A stretch of 20,000 nucleotides of DNA, from IMG/VR virus record IMGVR_UViG_3300035497_000625, one strand, 5' to 3'. Of this stretch, positions 14,878 to 20,000 are shown piece after piece. This stretch comes from an uncultured virus (IMG/VR IMGVR_UViG_3300035497_000625) (Duplodnaviria; Heunggongvirae; Uroviricota; Caudoviricetes). The translations under genes were made by a program, and so were the position numbers. Position 1 is the stretch's first letter, and the number at the start of each line of letters is the position of its first letter. The notes below the pieces were generated by a model, which made no database searches, had not been told where the DNA came from, and worked only from the letters and a program-made list of their open reading frames with translations.

Positions 14878-15651
14878 TTAGTCTCTCCATCCACTGTAAT
14901 CAAATATCTTTGGCTCTTCGTCTCTTGTATATCCATAATTTCCGTTGTGTAAATCATTAATATTCTCATCATAAATTGTATCCATAAGCTCCTCAACAGT
15001 CATTTCGCCATAACGTAGTAGAATATCATAGATAAACTGCTGGTCTAAATCCCACACATATCCCTTTTTTCTAAAGCTTTGCATTGGTGCTTTCTCTTTT
15101 TCTGGTAAATCATCAATAGTCAAACTACCGTCATTTTTCCAGCTTTCGTCAAAGGCTTCTTCTACCTGCTCTTGTATGTATACTTCGATATAATCGTTCA
15201 CTGATAATAGATATCTAGTTTCTGCGAATATAGGCTTAACACTGTCAGGTAGACTATTATAAATATCCTGCTCCTCTTTACAATAATTACAGTTTAGTGG
15301 ATAGAAATTATAATCTGTATAATCTTCATTTATTGCATATGCACTCCCCGTAAATGGTATCTTGATTGCATATTCTCTTGTAGAATCAACAATTACAAGT
15401 TTAGTAAGACCTTTACTAACTGATATATTACATTCATAATTTTGAGCTGTGCCGAACTGCTTTTTCATTTGCTCTATTAACAAGTCCTGAATGTCGTCAA
15501 TTGAATAGAGAGTATTCCCCTCTGTTTCAGAGGAAATTACTATGTAGTCACAATCATCACGGAGATTATATATTCTCTTAGCGTCACCAACTATCATTTT
15601 AACCATAGCTGTAACTCTCTCTTGCTCTTGCTCGCTAATCATTCTTAACAT
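14878..15651 (-). CDS. Protein-kinase-like fold protein, paralog K6 (257 aa)
   Basis: Motifs GLTK, YAIKIP, CKEEQDIY, IQE, DLHNGN, IFDYSG. Start moved to ATG 15651. Confidence 0.85.
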   Translation of the reverse strand: MLRMISEQEQERVTAMVKMIVGDAKRIYNLRDDCDYIVISSETEGNTLYSIDDIQDLLIEQMKKQFGTAQNYECNISVSKGLTKLVIVDSTREYAIKIPFTGSAYAINEDYTDYNFYPLNCNYCKEEQDIYNSLPDSVKPIFAETRYLLSVNDYIEVYIQEQVEEAFDESWKNDGSLTIDDLPEKEKAPMQSFRKKGYVWDLDQQFIYDILLRYGEMTVEELMDTIYDENINDLHNGNYGYTRDEEPKIFDYSGWRD

Positions 15652-15700
15652 ATGCACTCCCCTTTCAAACTCGTTTCTGTTTTTCTCATTTACTGTAATA

Positions 15701-15729
15701 ATTATATCACACTCTGCGAACAAAATCAA
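15701..15729 (-). promoter_or_regulatory. Sigma-A promoter (repeat family)
   Basis: TTGATT-17-TATAAT, TGA extension; the -35 overlaps the upstream TGA stop. Confidence 0.8.
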
Positions 15730-16142
15730 GAGGGATATTCCTCATAGAAATAACGAATTTTTATATTATCAAACTCTAATACTTTTAACGCAAACTCATG
15801 ATTCAATTCCCACTCCATGCGACTATCTGTGCTTATGCGGGCGAAATAAGCGTCCGTATTATAGTCTTTCAAGAGAGATAGTAATGCTCTTGCTTTACTA
15901 CTATTATAGTAATCTCTATAAAATCTTTGAAGAAAATCGTAACAATATCTAACTTGTTTTACGGTCAAATCATAGTGGTATCCCAGCTCATCAGAAACAG
16001 AAATGAGCTGTAAACAATCAGCTATGCCCTCAAAGGCATTCTTAAGAGGAAATTGATTAGACCACACTTCATGGTCAAACGTGTAAATACACTCACCTTC
16101 ATTATAGAAATATAACACTAAACTACAAGTGAATGATTTCAT
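15726..16142 (-). CDS. Hypothetical protein (138 aa)
   Basis: SD AAGGGGAG; co-oriented with its neighbours. Confidence 0.8.
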   Translation of the reverse strand: MKSFTCSLVLYFYNEGECIYTFDHEVWSNQFPLKNAFEGIADCLQLISVSDELGYHYDLTVKQVRYCYDFLQRFYRDYYNSSKARALLSLLKDYNTDAYFARISTDSRMEWELNHEFALKVLEFDNIKIRYFYEEYPS

Positions 16143-16181
16143 ATCAATCTCCCCTTTCTACTGATTCTTTACAGCTCTTTA

Positions 16182-16781
16182 CTAGTCTTCTAAATCATTT
16201 AACATTTTTATGTAAATTCTGTTTTCAATCTTAGGTGTAGAGGAATATATATCTAATTCAAATCGAGTCTCTCTATTGCCCCTCTGATAATTTAATACAC
16301 ATCTTGCCAAAATTTCATTATAGAGTGCTGTTGCAATAGACAATCTCATTTGAGAGATAAACTGTGGATTATCATTTAGTTCCTTAATAATACCATCAGC
16401 TCCGTTCATTTCGTCCCACGCATATTTATCTAGATACCTACCAATTACCTCGTCGGCATCAACGTAGAGATAGTAGATAAAGTTCCATAGGTCGTAATCA
16501 GAATAGATTTCTGTCATGCCGTTGTGCTGATAGTCTATTCTAAATTCAATCTCATTATATCTATCGACCACTTTTTTGTGTTCTTTAGATTTTTTATAAG
16601 GAGATTGACAATTCTTGACTCCCTGTTTTAGTTCTTTAATTTCATTCCTTAACTCTTCGTTCTTGCTCTTTACACATTCTAGTGTAACCAGCTTACACAT
16701 AAGCTTTTCCTTGTCCTCGACTGAAAGGTCGAAACCGTCAACGAACTCGATTGCATTTGTAATATTTTTCTTTAGTTCCAT
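16182..16781 (-). CDS. Hypothetical protein with N-terminal coiled coil (199 aa)
   Basis: ATG 16781 after AAAGGAG; heptad-like KSKNEELRNEIKELKQ. Confidence 0.8.
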   Translation of the reverse strand: MELKKNITNAIEFVDGFDLSVEDKEKLMCKLVTLECVKSKNEELRNEIKELKQGVKNCQSPYKKSKEHKKVVDRYNEIEFRIDYQHNGMTEIYSDYDLWNFIYYLYVDADEVIGRYLDKYAWDEMNGADGIIKELNDNPQFISQMRLSIATALYNEILARCVLNYQRGNRETRFELDIYSSTPKIENRIYIKMLNDLED

Positions 16782-16829
16782 AAACATTCTCCTTTATTCT
16801 TTACACTTGATTTCCGATTTTCTATAATT

Positions 16830-16858
16830 ATTATATCATGATTTATGAAAGAAATCAA
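16830..16858 (-). promoter_or_regulatory. Sigma-A promoter (repeat family variant)
   Basis: TTGATT-17-TATAAT, TGA extension. Confidence 0.8.
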
Positions 16859-16880
16859 CTCAGTTGAGTTGTCTTCCTCC

Positions 16881-17387
16881 CTAAAATGGGAGAAACTCTT
16901 CATCAATCATGTCACACACAGCAGATAGAGTTCTTGCTGTTTTATATTGCTGTTCTGTAATGGCTTCAAATTTTTGAGTCTCCTCATTAAAATAGAAAAC
17001 CCCGTGAGAATAAAAGATTTGTTCTACTGGTAGGTCTATATCAAATCCAGTTAACACGCCTAGAGCTTTCATCTGTTCTTTGAACTTTTGTAGATTACCT
17101 GCGTCTCCACAGCTAATATATGTCATTTCTTCTGCAAACGCAAAACATTCTTCTGCTTCATCAGGAAAAGTATCTTTTATCTCTTGATATGCGTTTTGAT
17201 TATCATAATCAGTAGGAAGGATTCCTATAAGACTAGGAATTTCTAGTTCTTCGCCATTAGTATCATATGCTCTAATAGTCTTTTTGAAAGACTCTGATAT
17301 GTTTTTATTACGAGCTTCCTCATAAACGAGACACTCATAAGCACTATTGAATTGGCAACCATCAAAAGCAACATAAATCTTTTTCAT
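16881..17387 (-). CDS. Hypothetical phage protein (168 aa); distant paralog of 17477..17896
   Basis: SD AAGGAG. N-terminal YVAFDGCQF...EC..YE. The C-terminal part shares G.EL, E..YI, F...M...G...G...DLP with the neighbouring gene. Confidence 0.8.
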   Translation of the reverse strand: MKKIYVAFDGCQFNSAYECLVYEEARNKNISESFKKTIRAYDTNGEELEIPSLIGILPTDYDNQNAYQEIKDTFPDEAEECFAFAEEMTYISCGDAGNLQKFKEQMKALGVLTGFDIDLPVEQIFYSHGVFYFNEETQKFEAITEQQYKTARTLSAVCDMIDEEFLPF

Positions 17388-17439
17388 ATGCATTTTCTCC
17401 TTTTCAATTTAACCCTCGGCTTTTTGATTTTCTATAATT

Positions 17440-17468
17440 ATTATATCATAGTCTGCTGATTTTTGCAA
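17440..17468 (-). promoter_or_regulatory. Sigma-A promoter (repeat family variant)
   Basis: TTGCAA-17-TATAAT, TGA extension. Confidence 0.8.
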
Positions 17469-17476
17469 CTATGTTA

Positions 17477-17896
17477 TTATGTTAATTTTAGGTGTTTTCT
17501 ACGAAAATCTTTTAAGTCTATTAACTTATTAATAACGAACCAATGTTCATTAAATCCTGAGCCAGTCATAAATATATGTTTTGCTTCTTGCAGTTCTTCA
17601 ATTGGAATTACGCTCCACTTATCTTTATCATAACGATATATAATACCATTTTTGATATCACTTTTTGGCAAATCAAAATTACATCCGCACATTTCGCCCG
17701 CTTTATGCATGATGTCAATAAATTCATCTTGTGCTTCAGATGATGGTAAAATTATGTATTTTAATTCAGGAAGGTCATTCATACATTTTTCTTTTCCTGA
17801 GAGATGTGTCATTACATATTCATCATCTAACAAATCAAAATATCTTAACTCCATACCAGTTTCATTTAAAAAACAAACTTCTAAATCTCGAATCAT
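17477..17896 (-). CDS. Hypothetical protein (139 aa)
   Basis: Start moved to ATG 17896 (MIRDLEV) after AGGAGGAG. Confidence 0.8.
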   Translation of the reverse strand: MIRDLEVCFLNETGMELRYFDLLDDEYVMTHLSGKEKCMNDLPELKYIILPSSEAQDEFIDIMHKAGEMCGCNFDLPKSDIKNGIIYRYDKDKWSVIPIEELQEAKHIFMTGSGFNEHWFVINKLIDLKDFRRKHLKLT

Positions 17897-17913
17897 TTTA
17901 TTACTCCTCCTCT

Positions 17914-18786
17914 TTATTCCTCTTCGTCTATAATTTCCCAATTATAGTTATACTCATATTGTTCATTTATTCTGCGTCCGTCCTTATCTATTTGAGTTAC
18001 AGAAATAACTTCTTTATCGATTAGCCCCTCTTTATTATAATAAGATTCTGTTTCTTCAAGGTCATATAAATTATCCCATCTACTTTCAATTGAGCTATAA
18101 ATTTCTCGATTCTCATCATCATAACGGAAAGTTTGTACACTAATAGTACTAGGAGCTTTATTATCTTCATCGGGCATGATACTAATATACTTAATTAATT
18201 CGCCGTCTTTATTATATGCAGAATAGATGTAACTACCATCACTGCAATCAGCAACCTCTGAAGTATCATCTTTATACATTGTTTGTACAACATTGCCCTC
18301 TGTATCATAATATGTTATACATTTTTTGTCTGTGTTAGAATAGGTTGCAACTATTTTTTGAGTATTCATATTTATATACGTATAGAGATTATTTTTATTA
18401 TAATAAACAGTAATATATTCGTGCTTAATTGCGTCTAGATATGTTGCTACAATATTAGTATCTTGAATATAGCTATAAATATAAAGAGTATCGAGTTTGT
18501 TTTCTTCTAAATCATAAACCTCAACAGATATCAACCTCATTAGCTCATCATATGTAAACACAGATTTTAAATTTAAGCCCACCTGCTCTTTAACATAGAA
18601 TTTAGCTCCTGCTATTGTTACTGAATGAGAAGAATTAGTATAATCCGAACACTTTTCTCCACCATGATAACGAACACTTCTAACTATTTTATAATCATTG
18701 TCTAGATAAGATTCACCTATTAACTTTCCATCTGAAGTAATAGTACCCTTATATTTTATTTTTCCATAAAAAGTAAAATCTTGCAT
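17914..18786 (-). CDS. Tyr-rich protein with YD-repeat-like units (290 aa)
   Basis: ATG 18786 after AGGAGGT. Repeats YYDTEGNVV, AYNKDGELIK, RYDDENREI, YYNKEGLIDK. Confidence 0.75.
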   Translation of the reverse strand: MQDFTFYGKIKYKGTITSDGKLIGESYLDNDYKIVRSVRYHGGEKCSDYTNSSHSVTIAGAKFYVKEQVGLNLKSVFTYDELMRLISVEVYDLEENKLDTLYIYSYIQDTNIVATYLDAIKHEYITVYYNKNNLYTYINMNTQKIVATYSNTDKKCITYYDTEGNVVQTMYKDDTSEVADCSDGSYIYSAYNKDGELIKYISIMPDEDNKAPSTISVQTFRYDDENREIYSSIESRWDNLYDLEETESYYNKEGLIDKEVISVTQIDKDGRRINEQYEYNYNWEIIDEEE

Positions 18787-18790
18787 ATAA

Positions 18791-19258
18791 CTACCTCCTA
18801 GCAATAGCGAAATAATAAGTTTCGCTTGTATAACCTAACCAATCTATCTCCCATTCTTCTGAAATGTCCAATATTTCAACTTTTCTTCCGCCCATTTTAT
18901 GGCTGAATACTCCGTCTTCATATTTGATGAAGTGAAAATCGTCACAGCCTCCTCTAAATAGTACACCATATTCATTCTCTTGTAATTCAGAAAGGTCATT
19001 GATTCTTCTAATCTTTCTATGAACATCGATAAGAATATTGTGTACCATGTATTCCATAAGGTGGGATTCTGTTAAGTCGCCGTCTAATAAAGCTTCATAT
19101 ATTGTATCATACACAACGCCGTCATCAATATGTAAATCCTCATTGATAAACTCATCATAGTAGTCTATGTTAATATCAAGAGGAGATGGGTCATACCAAT
19201 CATATGTCTCGAGGGCATAGCCTCCACAATTATATAGCTCAGTTGCGATGTTTGTCAT
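18791..19258 (-). CDS. Putative papain-like (Cys-His) enzyme (155 aa)
   Basis: YNCGGYAL ... DDFHFIKYEDGVFSHKMGG motif order. ATG 19258 after AGAAAGGA. Fold is inferred. Confidence 0.6.
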   Translation of the reverse strand: MTNIATELYNCGGYALETYDWYDPSPLDINIDYYDEFINEDLHIDDGVVYDTIYEALLDGDLTESHLMEYMVHNILIDVHRKIRRINDLSELQENEYGVLFRGGCDDFHFIKYEDGVFSHKMGGRKVEILDISEEWEIDWLGYTSETYYFAIARR

Positions 19259-19307
19259 ATACATCATCCTTTCTTATTTGTCTCTGCTTTTCTCATTTAC
19301 TGTAATT

Positions 19308-19336
19308 ATTATATCATAATCTGTCGTCACTTTCAA
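19308..19336 (-). promoter_or_regulatory. Sigma-A promoter (repeat family)
   Basis: TTGAAA-17-TATAAT, TGA extension, followed by AGTAAATGAG. Confidence 0.85.
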
Positions 19337-19564
19337 TTAAGTCCAATTCAATAGACTGCTCATTAAACTAATTATATTAAGAGAAAGACTAGTTCCATTA
19401 ATAATAGTACCGTCTTTCTCTTGTCTATTATACGCATCCTTTAACTTAACTCCGCATATAATAATAGAAATTGCAACTAATACTTTTTCATCCACATTAA
19501 ATAATCTCAAACCTGTCAACATTAAATAAACTTGCCATCTATATTTTAGAATAATTTTCTCCAT
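19337..19564 (-). CDS. Small membrane protein (75 aa)
   Basis: Start moved to ATG 19564 (MEKIILKY) after GAGGGG; hydrophobic segments. Confidence 0.7.
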   Translation of the reverse strand: MEKIILKYRWQVYLMLTGLRLFNVDEKVLVAISIIICGVKLKDAYNRQEKDGTIINGTSLSLNIISLMSSLLNWT

Positions 19565-19589
19565 TGGCATCCCCTCACTTTCTTTTATT

Positions 19590-19618
19590 ATTATAACGTA
19601 AGCTAAAAATAAAATCAA
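19590..19618 (-). promoter_or_regulatory. Sigma-A promoter (degenerate family member)
   Basis: TTGATT-17-TATAAT without the TG extension; overlaps the upstream TGA stop. Confidence 0.6.
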
Positions 19619-20000
19619 CTCTGTTTTTCATTTGATTTTATCTGCTTATAAATATAGATGGACACGATATCATCTATTATGTATATTATATTCGATGCCA
19701 CAAATGCCGTTGTAAAGTCAATAGAAGAAAACAATGCCAGCGTCGCCCCACATAGTGTTCCTATTGAATAAGCTGTGTTATTGCGGTTGTCAAAATGTTC
19801 TCGTTCTTCGCTTGTCGGATTAATCAATGTCTTCATTTTAATATGCCCGCAGGTTACATTCGTTGATACTGTCGCGGCGATAACCACGTTGATTAAATAA
19901 TAAGCTGATAAATTTTTAGTCAATAACGTAACTATAATAATAGCAATCGTTCCTATGATGTTGATAAGAATTGCACTAGTAAAATGTCGAAACAGTTTAT
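19615..20000 (-). CDS. Multi-pass membrane protein, N-terminus outside the window
   Basis: Frame stays open to the window edge (KLFRHFTSAILINIIGTIAIIIVTLLTKN...); several hydrophobic helices. Confidence 0.75.
   Translation of the reverse strand, partial: KLFRHFTSAILINIIGTIAIIIVTLLTKNLSAYYLINVVIAATVSTNVTCGHIKMKTLINPTSEEREHFDNRNNTAYSIGTLCGATLALFSSIDFTTAFVASNIIYIIDDIVSIYIYKQIKSNEKQS

Noticed and set aside
9105..15651. Diversity-generating retroelement behind the kinase variants
   Set aside because: No reverse transcriptase and no near-identical template/variable repeat pair with adenine-specific differences; divergence is spread over whole genes.
354..18024. All plus-strand ORFs in the track (for example 354..542, 1657..2040, 3456..3707, 7848..8105, 17652..17933)
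   Set aside because: They are antisense shadows of well-supported minus-strand genes or cross promoters and hairpins, and none has a convincing SD.
1628..19026. Nested minus-strand ORFs 1628..1813 and 18844..19026
   Set aside because: They are alternative frames inside longer genes that have SD and paralog or motif support.
2081..19336. True integron (attC) cassette array
   Set aside because: No integrase in the window, the repeats lack attC-type inverted structure, and they are themselves promoters.
2013..19618. N-terminal ORF extensions such as MRKAEIKIERG, YDIIIIVNEK and MILFAECDIII
   Set aside because: These are translations of the promoter/leader repeat; the better starts follow the downstream SD. 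Leaderless use of the conserved AUGAG cannot be fully excluded, but its frame is not consistent between cassettes.
1..20000. Stop-codon reassignment
   Set aside because: Coding density is high in the standard code, and TAG and TGA stops coincide with the next gene's SD or promoter.

Overview
AT-rich window in which every credible gene lies on the minus strand, with strong Bacillota-type Shine-Dalgarno sequences. It reads as the early or host-takeover region, plus a probable replication origin, of a large phage or phage-plasmid of a Bacillota host; this assignment is inferred, and no virion genes are present. About 21 near-consensus sigma-A promoters share extra flanking motifs and divide the region into 1-3-gene cassettes. 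The cassettes carry six paralogous minimal protein-kinase-fold genes, an orphan BrxL-type AAA+ ATPase with no Lon domain, a Cys/His papain-like protein, a YD-repeat-like protein, a KOW-motif microprotein and many acidic hypothetical proteins. The left part has a two-winged-helix Rep-like gene beside 22-bp-phased iteron-like repeats, long GNA-triloop hairpins, a strand-polarised GAGCTG array and a covarying hairpin placed just before three ribosome-binding sites. No GATC site was found by eye. Many CDS starts were moved from the ORF track to the ATG that has an RBS. All protein calls come from motifs read by eye, not database searches.
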